Assembly: GCA_016284885.1 (NCBI GenBank)
Contig: JAEEPQ010000001.1
Span: 1,570-65,569, forward strand
DNA from: Desulfovibrio sp.
GTDB taxonomy: Bacteria; Desulfobacterota; Desulfovibrionia; Desulfovibrionales; Desulfovibrionaceae
DNA length: 64,000 bases
Reading direction: 5' to 3'
The notes under the pieces were generated by a model. It did no database searches and was not told the DNA's origin. It saw only the letters and a program-made list of their open reading frames with translations. Shown one piece after another: positions 18,345 to 33,097 of this stretch (positions within the stretch are counted from its first letter, which is position 1; every line of letters begins with the position of its first letter). The position numbers were made by a program, and so were the translations under genes.

Positions 18345-20207
18345 CTATTCAGGCTTGGCTTCCCCTTCCTGAGACTTGGCCTTGTCCTTGTCAGGCGTTT
18401 CGCGCAGGCGGATGCCAAGCTCGCGCAGCTGGGCCGAGGCAACCTCGTTGGGGGCGTCGGTCATGAGGCAGGTGGCCTTCTGGGTCTTGGGGAAGGCGAT
18501 GACGTCGCGGATACTCTGGCTTCCAGAGAGCAGCATGACAAGCCTGTCGAGGCCGAAGGCCAGGCCGCCGTGCGGCGGGGCGCCGAACTCGAGGGCGTGG
18601 AGCAGGAAGCCAAACTGGCTCTCTGCCCGCTCAGGCGTGAAGCCAAGGGCCTCGAACATGCGGCGCTGGGTCTCCGCAGAGTGGATGCGGATGGAGCCGC
18701 CGCCGACTTCGTTGCCGTTGAGGACCATGTCGTAGGCCCTGGCCTTGGCATTGGCGGGATCGGAAGTCATCAGCTCCATGTGGCCCGGCATGGGAGAGGT
18801 GAAGGGATGGTGGCATGCCACGTAGCGGCGCTCTTCCTTGTCGTACTCGAAGAGCGGGAACTCTGTCACCCAGAGGAAGTTGAAGGCGTCCTTGGGAATG
18901 AGGTCCAGCTTCTCGGCGATGTGCACGCGCAGGTTGCCGAGGGCCGCGTTGACCATCTCGGGCTCGCCGGCCTGAAAGAAGACAAGGTCGCCGACCTTGA
19001 GGTCGAGGCGGGTGCGGATGGCCTCCTTCTCCTTGTCGGAGAGGAACTTGGCAATGGGGGACTGCCATTCCGTTTCGGACTTGATCTTGATCCAGGCAAG
19101 GCCCTGGGCGCCGTAGATGCGCACGAACTCGGTATAGGCGTCTATGTCCTTGCGCGAAAGGCTCTCGCCGCCCTCGACCTTGATGGCCTTGACCATGGCC
19201 GCCTGGGCAAAGAGCTTGAAGCCTGAGCCTCTCGTGGCGTCGGTGAGCTCGACGAGCTCCATGCCGAAGCGGGTGTCGGGCTTGTCAACGCCGAAGCGGC
19301 GCATGGCCTCGTCCCAGGTCATGCGCTTGAAGGGCGTGGCGATCTCCTTGCCGAAGACGTCCCTAAAGAGGCGGGCTACCAGATTTTCGGCCAGGGTCAT
19401 GACGTCGTCCTCGCGCACGAAGCTCAGCTCCATGTCCACCTGGGTGAACTCGGGCTGGCGGTCGGCACGCAGGTCCTCGTCGCGGAAGCAGCGCACGACC
19501 TGGAAATACTTCTCAAAGCCGGAGACCATAAGCAGCTGCTTGAAAAGCTGGGGCGACTGGGGAAGGGCGTAGAACTTGCCCTGGTTCAGGCGGGAGGGCA
19601 CGAGGAAGTCGCGGGCGCCCTCAGGCGTAGACTTGGTGAGGAAGGGCGTCTCGATTTCCAGGAAGCCTTCGTCGTCCAGGAAGCGACGTATGGACTGCAC
19701 GCACCTGTGGCGCAGGATCAGGTTCTTCTGCATGCAGGGGCGGCGCAGGTCGAGGTAGCGCCAGGCCAGGCGCAGGTTCTCGCCAGCGTCGCAACGGTCC
19801 TCAATGGCGAAGGGCGGGGTCTTGGAGGTATTCAGGAGCTTCCATTCGCTGACCACGACTTCAATCTCGCCGGTCTTGAGGTTGGGATTGGTCATGCCTT
19901 CGGGACGCGGACGCACCTTGCCCTTCACGGCGACGACGTATTCGAGGCGGAGGATGCCGGCGCGCTCGTGGGCCTCGGGCGCAAAGTCGGGGGAAAAGAC
20001 GACCTGGGTCAGCCCCTCGCGGTCTCTGAGGTCGACGAAAATCAAACCGCCGTGGTCGCGACGGAACTGCACCCAGCCCATGAGGCAGACTTCGCTGCCC
20101 TGATCGGCCATGGTCAGCTGGGAGCAGGAATGAGTGCGCTTCCAGTCGCCTATCTCGGCAACGTACTGGTAGTGCTCCTGCTGAAGATCCTGAATCTGGT
20201 CAGACAT
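18345..20207 (-). CDS. aspS: Aspartate--tRNA ligase
   Basis: Class IIb motifs ([32 protein letters not shown]). The length is that of the bacterial type. Confidence 0.95.
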   Translation of the reverse strand: MSDQIQDLQQEHYQYVAEIGDWKRTHSCSQLTMADQGSEVCLMGWVQFRRDHGGLIFVDLRDREGLTQVVFSPDFAPEAHERAGILRLEYVVAVKGKVRPRPEGMTNPNLKTGEIEVVVSEWKLLNTSKTPPFAIEDRCDAGENLRLAWRYLDLRRPCMQKNLILRHRCVQSIRRFLDDEGFLEIETPFLTKSTPEGARDFLVPSRLNQGKFYALPQSPQLFKQLLMVSGFEKYFQVVRCFRDEDLRADRQPEFTQVDMELSFVREDDVMTLAENLVARLFRDVFGKEIATPFKRMTWDEAMRRFGVDKPDTRFGMELVELTDATRGSGFKLFAQAAMVKAIKVEGGESLSRKDIDAYTEFVRIYGAQGLAWIKIKSETEWQSPIAKFLSDKEKEAIRTRLDLKVGDLVFFQAGEPEMVNAALGNLRVHIAEKLDLIPKDAFNFLWVTEFPLFEYDKEERRYVACHHPFTSPMPGHMELMTSDPANAKARAYDMVLNGNEVGGGSIRIHSAETQRRMFEALGFTPERAESQFGFLLHALEFGAPPHGGLAFGLDRLVMLLSGSQSIRDVIAFPKTQKATCLMTDAPNEVASAQLRELGIRLRETPDKDKAKSQEGEAKPE

Positions 20208-20209
20208 GG

Positions 20210-21454
20210 TTAATCCTTGTTAGCGATGTAGGTGGCGAGAGCGTCGGCAGGAACTTCTTCCTGCGTCCCCTGGTCCATGTTCTTGACGGCACACGCGCCG
20301 CGGGAGAGCTCGTCGGTGCCGACGATGACGGCAAAGCGGGCGCCTGACTTGCCGGCCTGGCGCATGGCGCTCTTCATGCCGGAAGAGCCGTAGCCCGTTT
20401 CGCCGGAAAGGCCCGCGTGCCGGAGATTCTGCGCGAGCTTGAAGGCAAAGGCCGTGCAGGAAGGATCCAAGGACACGACGAAGAAGTCGTGGCGCTGGAG
20501 CTGGCGTTCTCCAAGAAGCAGGGCCAAGCGCTCCATGCCGCAGGCAAAGCCTATGCCCGGGATGTCGGGGCCGCCGAGCTGCTTGACGAGCCCGTCGTAG
20601 CGGCCGCCGCCAGCCACGGCCGTCTGTGCGCCGATAGCGTCGCTCTGCAGCTCGAAGGTGGTGCGGCAGTAGTAGTCGAGGCCACGCACGAGGCGGTCGT
20701 CCTGCACGAAGGCAATGCCGGCATCCTTGAGCAGGCCCGTGACGGTCTCGTAGTGTCCGAGGCAGTCGGGACAGTTGTAGTCGAGGAGACGGGGCGCATC
20801 GAGCATGCAGGGCAGATCCCTGTCCTTCTTGCAGTCCAGCACGCGCAGGGGGTTGGCATGCAGGCGCCTCCGGCAGTCTTCGCAAAGGTCGGCTTCGTAC
20901 TTCTCGAAGTGGCTGATGAGCGCCTGGCGGTAGGTCTGGCGGCATGAGGCGCAGCCGAGACTGTTCATGCGCAGGGTGAGGCCGCCTATGCCGAGGGAGG
21001 AGACGAAGTGCACGAGCAGGGACACCACGTCGGCATCGGCCACGGGGCTGGAGGATCCCAAAAGCTCGCAGTCGATCTGGTGGAACTGGCGCATGCGGCC
21101 CTTCTGGGGACGCTCGTGGCGGAACATGGGGCCGAAGGTGTAGAGCCGGCTGACCTGCTCCTTGGCGTGGAGGCTGGCCGCGATGTAGGCCCGCATCATG
21201 CCGGCCGTGGCTTCAGGGCGCAGGGAGGTCGGCTTTCCCTTTGAATCGGGGAAGGTGTACATCTCCTTCTGCACCACGTCGGTTTCCGTGCCTATGGAGC
21301 GGGCGAAGAGGTCGGTGTACTCGAGAACGGGAAGACGCACCTCCTTGAAGCCGTAGGCCGGAAAGATTGCCCGGCACTGGGACTCCATGAAGGTGAAGGC
21401 CGTGCTTTCCGGCTCGAACATGTCGGCGAAGCCGTTGATGCGCGCAATGCTCAT
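20210..21454 (-). CDS. hisS: Histidine--tRNA ligase
   Basis: [28 protein letters not shown]-terminal anticodon-binding domain. Confidence 0.95.
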   Translation of the reverse strand: MSIARINGFADMFEPESTAFTFMESQCRAIFPAYGFKEVRLPVLEYTDLFARSIGTETDVVQKEMYTFPDSKGKPTSLRPEATAGMMRAYIAASLHAKEQVSRLYTFGPMFRHERPQKGRMRQFHQIDCELLGSSSPVADADVVSLLVHFVSSLGIGGLTLRMNSLGCASCRQTYRQALISHFEKYEADLCEDCRRRLHANPLRVLDCKKDRDLPCMLDAPRLLDYNCPDCLGHYETVTGLLKDAGIAFVQDDRLVRGLDYYCRTTFELQSDAIGAQTAVAGGGRYDGLVKQLGGPDIPGIGFACGMERLALLLGERQLQRHDFFVVSLDPSCTAFAFKLAQNLRHAGLSGETGYGSSGMKSAMRQAGKSGARFAVIVGTDELSRGACAVKNMDQGTQEEVPADALATYIANKD

Positions 21455-21475
21455 GGGAACCTCTGAACGATTGGG

Positions 21476-22876
21476 TTACGAACGCTTTTTTTCCAGCTGG
21501 TGCTTGCCGCATTGCTTGCAGGGGGGAACCGGATACTCCCCGTTGAAGCAGGCCAGGCAGTAGCTGTCGTTGTGCATGACCGAGCGCAGGAGCCCGTCGA
21601 TGCTCAGGTAATGAAGGGAGTCAACATCCAACTTTTTCTGAATTTCTTCAAGGGTGTAGTTGGCTGCAATGAGCTCCTTCGGCGAGGCAAAGTCGATGCC
21701 GTAGAAGCAGGGGTGGCGCACTGGGGGACAGGAGATGCGGATGTGGACTTCCTTGGCACCGAGCTCGCGCAGCTTTTTCACGCGCGTGATCATGGTGGTG
21801 CCGCGCACGATGGAGTCGTCGACGATGCAGATGCGCTTGCCGTCGATCATGGCGCGCACGGGATTGATTTTGACCCGCACGCCGAAGCTGCGCATGCCCT
21901 GGCTCGGCTGGATGAAGGTGCGCCCCACGTAGTGGTTGCGGATCATGGCGTGCTCGTAGGGCAGCTCGGCGCATTGCGCAAAGCCCACGGCGGGATAGAC
22001 GCCCGAATCCGGGAAGGGCATGACAAAGTCGACGTCGGGCGTGGACTCGTGGGCCAGCTGCCAGCCCATGTTCTTGCGACAGGTGTAGACCTGCTCGCCA
22101 TAGATGTAGGAGTCCGGGCGTGCGAAATAGATGAGCTCGAAGATGCACTGCCTCGGCCTGGCGGGGATGTCGTCCAGCATCTGAGAGCTTTCGCCCTCGG
22201 ACGAGACGATGTACATCTCGCCGGGCTTGAGGGAACGCTCGTACTCGGCGTCCATGAGGTCGAAGGCGCAGGTCTCCGAGGCCGCCACGAACGCGCCGTC
22301 AAGATGACCTATGGAAAGCGGGTGAAAGCCGAAGGGGTCGCGCACGCAAACCATGGTGCCTTCCATGAGGAAGATGAGGCAGAAGGCGCCCTTGAGCTGC
22401 ATGCAGGTGCGGCGCACGGCATCGAGCATGTCGCCTCCCCGGCAGAGCTCCGAGGCAAAGAGGTGCATGATCACCTCGGTGTCGCTCGTGCCCCGGAAGA
22501 TGGCGCCCTTGTCTTCGAGGGCGCTACGCAGCTCGAAGGTGTTCACCAGATTGCCGTTGTGGGCGATGGCGATGTCCTTGCCCTTGTAGTTGACGTGCAG
22601 GGGCTGGGCGTTGGCGAGGCTGGGACGTCCCGTGGTGGAGTAGCGCACGTGGCCCACGGCGACGTTGCCGGGCAGGGCCTGCAGGTGCTTCTCCTCGAAG
22701 ATGTCGGGCACCAGCCCCATTCCCTTGTAGGAATGGAAGGTGCCATCCTCGTCGATGCTGACAATGCCGGCGCTTTCCTGGCCGCGGTGCTGCTGGGCGT
22801 AGAGGCCGAAGTAGGTGAGGCGGGACGCGTCGGCGTGCCCATATATGCCGAAGAGGCCGCATTCGTCGTGTATCAT
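21476..22876 (-). CDS. purF: Amidophosphoribosyltransferase
   Basis: N-terminal nucleophile MIHDECGLFGIYG. PRTase motif ICIVDDSIVRGTT. Confidence 0.95.
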   Translation of the reverse strand: MIHDECGLFGIYGHADASRLTYFGLYAQQHRGQESAGIVSIDEDGTFHSYKGMGLVPDIFEEKHLQALPGNVAVGHVRYSTTGRPSLANAQPLHVNYKGKDIAIAHNGNLVNTFELRSALEDKGAIFRGTSDTEVIMHLFASELCRGGDMLDAVRRTCMQLKGAFCLIFLMEGTMVCVRDPFGFHPLSIGHLDGAFVAASETCAFDLMDAEYERSLKPGEMYIVSSEGESSQMLDDIPARPRQCIFELIYFARPDSYIYGEQVYTCRKNMGWQLAHESTPDVDFVMPFPDSGVYPAVGFAQCAELPYEHAMIRNHYVGRTFIQPSQGMRSFGVRVKINPVRAMIDGKRICIVDDSIVRGTTMITRVKKLRELGAKEVHIRISCPPVRHPCFYGIDFASPKELIAANYTLEEIQKKLDVDSLHYLSIDGLLRSVMHNDSYCLACFNGEYPVPPCKQCGKHQLEKKRS

Positions 22877-22948
22877 TCGTGTTCTCCCCGCGACGCCGGC
22901 CCTAAAGGCCAGCGCCGCTCCAGGAAGGTGTTGTCGCTAGGATTGTCG

Positions 22949-25477
22949 CTAGGATTGTTCTGCCGGGCCGGCGTCGCCGAAGCTTTCGGGTTCCTCGGCA
23001 CCGTCGAGAGCGTCGGTAATCTCGGGAGCATCAGGAGCATCGGGGCCGGTTCCGCCGTTGTCCACGCGGTCGCAGGCCACGACCGAGGCGCCCTCGTCCA
23101 GATTGACGACCTTGACGCCCATGGAGACGCGGCCACGGCTCATCACTTCGGCAACGCTGATGCGGATGATCTTGTTGTTGGAGGTCAGCATGACGAGGCC
23201 GTCGCGACCCGTCACGGGCATGGCGCCGATGACGTTGCCCGTCTTGTTGGTGACCTTGAAGTTGATGATGCCCATGCCGCCGCGCGACTGCTGGCGGTAG
23301 AGGTTCGCCTTGGTGCGCTTGCCGAAACCGTTGGCAGAGACGGACATGATGGTCGTGCTCTGGTCCGTGCCCTTGAGAACGACGCCGGCGACCACGAAGT
23401 CGCCCGCACGCAGGGAGATGCCCTTGACGCCGGTGGCCGCGCGCCCCATCTCGCGGACTTCGGCGATGGCGAAGCGTATGGCGTAGCCCTGGCTCGTGAC
23501 GAGCACGGCGTGGTCGTCCTCGCGTATGGGCCGCACCAGCACCAGCTCGTCGCCCTCGCGCAGGCTCACGGCCATGAGGCCGTTCTTGTTGGCGCGCTGG
23601 TAGAGGGCTGCGTTGGAGCGCTTGACCATGCCGTGCTTGGTGACGAAAAAGAAGCTCTTCTCCTCGGAGAACTCGCGCAGGGCCAGTATGTTGGTGACGG
23701 TCTCGCCATCGTTGAGGGGCAGGAGGTTGTTGAGGTGCACGCCCTTGGCCTGGCGGCTGCCTTCGGGGATCTGGTGCACCTTGAGCTGGTACATGCGTCC
23801 GAGGTTGGTGAAGAGGCACAGGTGCTGGTGGTTGGTGGTCGTCAGGAAGTCGAGCACGTAGTCGTTTTCCTGGGTGCACAGGGCCGCTATGCCCTTCCCG
23901 CCGCGGTGCTGCTGCTGGTAGTTTTCGAGGCTCGTGCGCTTCATGTAGCCGCGCTTGGAGAGCGTGATGACCACCTCGTCGTCGGGAATGAGATCCTCGA
24001 CGTCGATGCCCTTGAGCTCCTCGGCCACAATCTCGCTCTGGCGCGGGGTGGCGTAGGTCTGCTTGATGCGGGCAATTTCGTCGCGGATGACGCCTTTCAG
24101 CACCTCTGCGTCCGCCAGGATGGACTTGAAGTAGGCTATGTTTTTCAGAAGTTCCGCGTACTCGGCCTCGATCTCGTCGCGCTGCAGGCCGGTGAGGCGC
24201 TGCAGGCGCATGTCGAGTATGGCCTTGGCCTGCACCTCGTCGAGCTCGAAGCGCGCCATGAGACGGGCTTTGGCTTCGTCGGGGTTGGCGGAGCTCCTGA
24301 TGATGCGCACCACCTCGTCGATGTTGTCGATGGCTATGCGCAGGCCTTCCAGGATGTGCGCTCTGGCCTCGGACTTGGCCAGATCGTAGCGCGTCCTGCG
24401 GATGACCACCTCGCGCCTGTGATCGAGAAAGCACGAGAGCGCGGTCTTCAGCGTCAGGGTGACGGGCCTGTTGTCCAGCACGGCCAGCATGTTGATGCCG
24501 AAGGCCGTCTCCATGGGAGTGAACTTGTAGATCTGGTTGATAATGATGTCTGGGAGCACGCCGCGCTTCAGGTCCATGACAACGCGGATGCCGTTGCGGT
24601 CGGACTCGTCGCGCAGGTCCACGATGCCCTCGATCTTGCGGTCGTTGACGAGGGCAGCGATGCGCTCCACCAGCGAGGACTTGTTCACGCCGTAGGGAAT
24701 TTCCTTGATGACGATGGACTCAAAGCCCTTCTTGCGCTCCTCGACCACCATGCGCCCGCGGATCTTCACCGTGCCCCTGCCGGTATTGTAGGCGTCGTAG
24801 AGTCCCTGGCCGGCGAAGACGAAGCCCTTGGTCGGGAAGTCCGGCCCCTTGACGTGCTGCATGAGGCCTGCGACCGTAATCTGCGGGTCGGCCAGCAGGG
24901 CCTGCAGCGCATCGCAGAGCTCGCCCAGGTTGTGGGTGGGGATGTTGGTGGCCATGCCCACCGCGATGCCGGAGGAGCCGTTGAGCAGAAGGTTGGGCAC
25001 CTTGGCGGGCAGGATGGAAGGCTCTTCCAGTGAGCCGTCGTAGTTGGGGCGGAAGTCGACCGTGTCCTTGTCGATGTCGTCCAGGAACTCGCCGGCAAGC
25101 CTTGCCATGCGCACTTCCGTATAGCGCATGGCGGCCGGGGCGTCGCCGTCGATGGAGCCGAAGTTGCCCTGGCCGTCGACGAGGGGGTCGCGCATGCTGA
25201 AGTCCTGGGCCATGCGCACGAGGGCGTCGTAGACGGCCGAGTCGCCGTGGGGATGGTACTTGCCTATGACGTCGCCGACTACGCGGGCGGACTTCTTGTG
25301 GGCCCTGTTGTAGGTGTTGCCCAGCTCCGACATGGCGTAGAGGATGCGACGGTGCACCGGCTTCAGGCCGTCTCGGGCATCCGGAATGGCGCGTCCAATG
25401 ATGACGGAAAGGGAGTACTCCAGGTAGGACTGGCGCAGCTCCTGCGCGATGCCGACCTGGTCCTGCGACGTTGCCAT
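22949..25477 (-). CDS. gyrA: DNA gyrase subunit A
   Basis: [28 protein letters not shown] (catalytic Tyr), C-terminal beta-pinwheel repeats and an acidic tail. Alternative start at 25495. Confidence 0.95.
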   Translation of the reverse strand: MATSQDQVGIAQELRQSYLEYSLSVIIGRAIPDARDGLKPVHRRILYAMSELGNTYNRAHKKSARVVGDVIGKYHPHGDSAVYDALVRMAQDFSMRDPLVDGQGNFGSIDGDAPAAMRYTEVRMARLAGEFLDDIDKDTVDFRPNYDGSLEEPSILPAKVPNLLLNGSSGIAVGMATNIPTHNLGELCDALQALLADPQITVAGLMQHVKGPDFPTKGFVFAGQGLYDAYNTGRGTVKIRGRMVVEERKKGFESIVIKEIPYGVNKSSLVERIAALVNDRKIEGIVDLRDESDRNGIRVVMDLKRGVLPDIIINQIYKFTPMETAFGINMLAVLDNRPVTLTLKTALSCFLDHRREVVIRRTRYDLAKSEARAHILEGLRIAIDNIDEVVRIIRSSANPDEAKARLMARFELDEVQAKAILDMRLQRLTGLQRDEIEAEYAELLKNIAYFKSILADAEVLKGVIRDEIARIKQTYATPRQSEIVAEELKGIDVEDLIPDDEVVITLSKRGYMKRTSLENYQQQHRGGKGIAALCTQENDYVLDFLTTTNHQHLCLFTNLGRMYQLKVHQIPEGSRQAKGVHLNNLLPLNDGETVTNILALREFSEEKSFFFVTKHGMVKRSNAALYQRANKNGLMAVSLREGDELVLVRPIREDDHAVLVTSQGYAIRFAIAEVREMGRAATGVKGISLRAGDFVVAGVVLKGTDQSTTIMSVSANGFGKRTKANLYRQQSRGGMGIINFKVTNKTGNVIGAMPVTGRDGLVMLTSNNKIIRISVAEVMSRGRVSMGVKVVNLDEGASVVACDRVDNGGTGPDAPDAPEITDALDGAEEPESFGDAGPAEQS

Positions 25478-25510
25478 TATTGCTTCTGTATCCACTGTTT
25501 CCTCGCCTTG

Positions 25511-29067
<3,557 letters not shown>

Positions 29068-29123
29068 GTCGGGTCTCGCTCTTTCTGGCTTTCTAAACGG
29101 TGGTAGATAGCTGGGTAGCTGAA

Positions 29124-29452
29124 TTTTGTTCCTAACTTGGGCAACTGTTTGATTTTATGCAGGATTTTTTGTTCCTAACGTGGCACATTCCAGGAACATA
29201 GGAACATGGCCTCTGGCCTTACCGCGAAGATTCCCTGAGTTGAGAACAGCTGGCGACAGCTAGTGACAGGCCACAAGGCCGTCTTGTTGTCGCTATTGTT
29301 CGTAACTTATGCTAACGTTTGAATTTATTGAAAAAATTTTGTTCCTAACCTGTCGCTTGCGTGTTCCTTTCTGTTCCTTGCCGTTCCAGGGCAGACATTT
29401 GCAGTCTGTTTCCGGGCTGTTAAAACCGATTGACCAGCGGAGCGCAGGAACA
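29124..29452. repeat. Cluster of TGTTCC/GGAACA hexamers, including three perfect 13-mers TTTTGTTCCTAAC
   Basis: TTTTGTTCCTAAC at 29124, 29167 and 29337. Variant ATTGTTCGTAAC at 29295. GGAACATAGGAACA at 29193. TGTTCC at 29362 and 29372. CGTTCC at 29382. GGAACA at 29447. Confidence 0.8.
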
Positions 29453-29470
29453 GTCCCGCCGCTGGTCAAT
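29429..29470. repeat. Perfect 12-bp inverted repeat with an 18-nt spacer
   Basis: ATTGACCAGCGG-N18-CCGCTGGTCAAT. The spacer contains GGAACA. Confidence 0.75.
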
Positions 29471-29670
29471 GCCGGGAGCACGCCGGGGGCGGACCAGTAA
29501 TCTGGCGCCGGCTCCCCGCTTTTTTGCAGAAGATCCATAGTATACCTTTTCCGCTGGGTTAACAAGTTGCAACTATTTGTTTTTATTAGCGTAATTTAAC
29601 CAAATCCCTGCCTTGGAACGGGGCTTTCTCCCCTAGACAAGCGCTGGCAGGGAGAATATCCTAACCCGTT

Positions 29671-31113
29671 ATGTTGAAAGCACTTCTCTCCTGTCCTGTC
29701 GCCTTCGCTTTTGGAATGGCTCTCGTCTGGCTTGCCCCTTCCGGCTCCTTTGCCGGCAGGGCCCAGACGCCGGGCGAGCCTCCTGTGCTGGAAAAGGCTG
29801 GTGCGGGGGCGCTGGAGCCCGTGCAGCTCGGCATGCCCGACGCCGTCGGGCGGGCAGGCGTCTTCCGCGATCCCGACGCCGACGCGCCCCTTCCCGGCTA
29901 TGATCCCTCGCACGCCGAGCCCGTGGAGCTGAGCCCCATGGACAACGAGTACCTGCGCCTCGGCGGCGACGACGAGGCCGACGAGACGGTGACGGGCCAG
30001 GGCGAGCAGGGACGCATCGTCCGGAAGGGCATGCTGCGCGAGGGCGAGGATGCGGACACCATGTTCAAGCACGCCGACAAGGGGAGCGCCAAGCACTTCC
30101 TCAAGGCCGCGCGCCGGCTCAATCCCGGCGGCTACGCGCCCGGCCGCTTCTACAGCGTCGTCTGCGACGGCAACGGCAAGGTGCTGCGCTTCGAGTACGA
30201 GCGCGACGAGAAGAAGCGCCTGGTGGTGGAGGGCGACGGGCCTGAGGCCAGGCTCGAGGACATCGCCTACGACGTGCGCCTGACGGGCGTTGTCTGCATC
30301 GTGCGCGACGACATCTTCCAGGCCGTGCAGGACGTCAAGGAATATCCAAAGCTCGCCTCCATGCTCTCCGACGTCTTCGGCACCGAGATCAACTTCCTCA
30401 AGGACGTCCGCGAGGGCGACTCCTTCGCCATCGTCGTCGAGAAGCGCTACCAGAACGGCAACTTCTACGGATACGGCCGCATCATCAGCGCAAAGTTTAC
30501 CTCCAGGGCCAAGGGGGAGACCTACGAAACCTTCCTCTTCCCAGACGCCCAGGGCGGGCCCCAGTACTACAACTACAAGGGCGAAAACACCCGCAGGGCC
30601 TACCTCTGCGCGCCGCTTGCCGTGACGCGCATCACCTCCAAGTTCACCATGTCCCGCAAGCATCCCATACTTGGCTATAGCAGGCCCCACCAGGGCGTGG
30701 ACTACGCGGCCCCCGTGGGAACGCCCGTGAAGGCCGTCAGCAACGGCGTTGTCACGGCCAGGGGCTGGGGAGGCGAGGCGGGCAACCGCATCATTCTGAA
30801 GCACCCGGACGGCATGGAGTCCCTCTATTCGCACCTCTCCGGCTTCGCCAGGGGCCTGAAGAACGGCTCCCGGGTGGAGCAGGGCCAGGTCATAGGCTAT
30901 GTGGGATCCACCGGCCTTTCCACGGGACCGCATCTGGATTTCCGCCTGCGCAAGGGCGACAAGTACCTTGACCCATCCAAGGCTCTGAATCCGCGCAACG
31001 ACCCTGTCCGCGTTGCGGACAAGAAGAACTTCGCCCGGGTGCGGGATCTCGAGATGGAGTACGTCTCGGGCAGAAAGCCTCTGGCGGAGTACGATCCCTC
31101 CCACCTGCGCTAG
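29671..31113 (+). CDS. M23-family peptidoglycan DD-metalloendopeptidase
   Basis: Signal/anchor MLKALLSCPVAFAFGMALVWLAP. HQGVDYAAPVGTPV and GSTGLSTGPHLDF (LytM/M23 zinc motifs). Confidence 0.85.
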   Translation: MLKALLSCPVAFAFGMALVWLAPSGSFAGRAQTPGEPPVLEKAGAGALEPVQLGMPDAVGRAGVFRDPDADAPLPGYDPSHAEPVELSPMDNEYLRLGGDDEADETVTGQGEQGRIVRKGMLREGEDADTMFKHADKGSAKHFLKAARRLNPGGYAPGRFYSVVCDGNGKVLRFEYERDEKKRLVVEGDGPEARLEDIAYDVRLTGVVCIVRDDIFQAVQDVKEYPKLASMLSDVFGTEINFLKDVREGDSFAIVVEKRYQNGNFYGYGRIISAKFTSRAKGETYETFLFPDAQGGPQYYNYKGENTRRAYLCAPLAVTRITSKFTMSRKHPILGYSRPHQGVDYAAPVGTPVKAVSNGVVTARGWGGEAGNRIILKHPDGMESLYSHLSGFARGLKNGSRVEQGQVIGYVGSTGLSTGPHLDFRLRKGDKYLDPSKALNPRNDPVRVADKKNFARVRDLEMEYVSGRKPLAEYDPSHLR

Positions 31114-31161
31114 CCTCCCCTCCGGCTTCCATCGCTTCTTCATCCTTCACACGGGGAAATC

Positions 31162-33075
31162 ATGCTCGATCAAATCCGTTCCAACTCCCAGTCCTTCGGC
31201 GTCAAGCTGGCCTTCGGCATCATCATTCTGGTCTTCGTGTTCTGGGGCATAGGCAGCCTCACCGACACGGGATCCATCAACGTCGTGGCCATGGTGAACA
31301 ACCAGCCCATCACCTTTCAGCAGTTCGAAATGGCCTACCGCCAGGCCGAGGAGCAGGAGAACAGCCAGAATCCCGGCCGGCGCTGGAGCGCCGAGGAGAA
31401 GCGGGATCTCGGCAGGAGCGTGTTCAGCAGCCTCCTTTACAAGGAGCTGGTGGTCCAGGAGGCCCAGAAGAACAACTTCTCCGTCTCCCCGCTGGAGCTG
31501 CGCGACTACGTGGAGACCATGCCCGCCTTCCGCAACGAGGCCGGCAAGTTCGACCCTCAGCTCTACAAGGACATCCTCGCCCGGCAGCGCATGACGCCGG
31601 CGCAGTTTGAGGAAAATCTGCGCCGCGACCTGCTTGCCCAGAAGATGATGGCCTTTGCCATGGGCGGCGTCTGGGCCGATCCCATGGAGGCCCGCAGCCG
31701 CTTCAACTTCCTCTATCAGAACAGGACAGTCGAGTACGTCTTCCTGTCCGCCGAAGAGAGCGCGGCTTCCTACAAGCCTGAGCCCGCGGAGCTGCAGAAG
31801 TTCTACGACGCCCACAAGGCCGACTACGCCATTCCCCAGAAGGCCTCCGTCCAGTACATCGCCGTCAATCCCCTCAAGCTCGTGAAGCCCGAGTCTCTCC
31901 CCGAAGCGGAGCTGCGCCAGGACTACGAGGCCCATAAGGCCCGTTTCGAGGAGCCGAGGAAGGTGCTCGCTTCCCACATTCTTGTGCAGGTCGCTCAGGA
32001 CGCCTCTCCGGAGGAGGTCAAGCAGGCCGAAGCCAAGGTCGCCCAGATCCGCGCCGAGCTTGATGCCGGCAAGCCCTTTGCCCAGGTCGCCGACGCCTAC
32101 AACGGCCCTCAGGCAGCCGGCAAGGGCGGCTCCCTCGGCTGGATTGAACCCGGCATGACCGTGCCTCCCTTCGAAAAGGCGGCATTTGCTGCCGAGAAGG
32201 GCAAGGTTGCCGGCCCCGTGCGGACGCAGTTCGGCTTCCACCTCATCCTCGTGGAGGACGTCAAGGAGGCCAGGGTGAAGCCCTTCGAGGAAGTGAAGGG
32301 CGAAATTGCCTCCCAGCTTGCCACTGCGGCCGGCAAGGCCAAGGTCAGCGACGTGCTCGACTCCCTGCTCGAGGAGAACATCCTCGGCAAGGATCTGGCC
32401 GAGGCGGCGAAGAAGTTCGGCCTCGAGGCCGAGACCTCGGGCCTTCTCTCCCGCGACGAGATGGCGGAGAAGCTTGGTCTCAAGGCCGACGGCGTGGAGA
32501 GCGTCTTCAAGACCTCCAAGGGGAGCTCCATCGACATCCCGCTCGAGGCGGGCGATGCCTACCTCGTCCTGCGCATGGACGATGCTTCGCCTGCGTCCTT
32601 CAAGCCCTTCGAGGAGGTGAAGGACGACGTTGCCAGGCGCCTGCGCGAAGAGCAGGGCGCGGCCGCGGCCGGCAAGGTCCTCATGCAGGCTCTCAAGGAC
32701 GCCAAGGACGGCGAGCTGCCTGCCGAATTCAAGGCCAAGGTCAAGACCTCGTCTCCCATGGAGCGCAGTGGCGCCCTGGACGGCTTCGAGCCTGACAAGG
32801 AGCTTTCCAAGGCCGTCTTCGCTGCCGAAAAGGGCGTCTGGATTCCCCAGATCTTCAACGTAGCTGGCAAGGCTGGCAAGGGCGTCGTCGCCTGCCGGGT
32901 GGTCAAGGTGGCCGATCCCGAAGACGAGCGCTGGCAGGGCCTTGACCGCATCATGAACAACATGCTCATGCGCGAGCGCAGCGACGGCTTCTACGGCCTC
33001 TTCATCCAGGAGCTTCTCCAGCGGGGCAAGGTGAAGATTCTCAACCAGAACACCATCGACCGCGTCAACATGTAG
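31162..33075 (+). CDS. ppiD: Periplasmic chaperone / parvulin-type PPIase, PpiD-like
   Basis: N-terminal MLDQIRSNSQSFGVKLAFGIIILVFVFWG anchor. Parvulin domain ASHILV...GGSLGWIEPGMTVPPFEKAAF...FGFHLILVEDV. Confidence 0.8.
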   Translation: MLDQIRSNSQSFGVKLAFGIIILVFVFWGIGSLTDTGSINVVAMVNNQPITFQQFEMAYRQAEEQENSQNPGRRWSAEEKRDLGRSVFSSLLYKELVVQEAQKNNFSVSPLELRDYVETMPAFRNEAGKFDPQLYKDILARQRMTPAQFEENLRRDLLAQKMMAFAMGGVWADPMEARSRFNFLYQNRTVEYVFLSAEESAASYKPEPAELQKFYDAHKADYAIPQKASVQYIAVNPLKLVKPESLPEAELRQDYEAHKARFEEPRKVLASHILVQVAQDASPEEVKQAEAKVAQIRAELDAGKPFAQVADAYNGPQAAGKGGSLGWIEPGMTVPPFEKAAFAAEKGKVAGPVRTQFGFHLILVEDVKEARVKPFEEVKGEIASQLATAAGKAKVSDVLDSLLEENILGKDLAEAAKKFGLEAETSGLLSRDEMAEKLGLKADGVESVFKTSKGSSIDIPLEAGDAYLVLRMDDASPASFKPFEEVKDDVARRLREEQGAAAAGKVLMQALKDAKDGELPAEFKAKVKTSSPMERSGALDGFEPDKELSKAVFAAEKGVWIPQIFNVAGKAGKGVVACRVVKVADPEDERWQGLDRIMNNMLMRERSDGFYGLFIQELLQRGKVKILNQNTIDRVNM

Positions 33076-33097
33076 GCATGCAGGGAGTAGAAACGCC

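Noticed and set aside
21500-25033. 1177-aa ORF on the + strand
   Set aside because: Antisense to purF and gyrA, whose products carry unmistakable family motifs. Its translation is Ala/Gly/Val/His/Asp-rich mirror-frame sequence typical of high-GC DNA.
29293-29565. 90-aa ORF in the dnaN upstream gap
   Set aside because: No RBS, odd composition, and it is built from the repeat and AT-rich elements. More likely non-coding.
29068-29670. Canonical DnaA boxes (TTATCCACA/TGTGGATAA)
   Set aside because: None seen by eye, even allowing one mismatch. The abundant motif TTGTTCCTAAC matches the 9-mer at only ~5 positions. The origin call is therefore kept as a hypothesis, not a feature.
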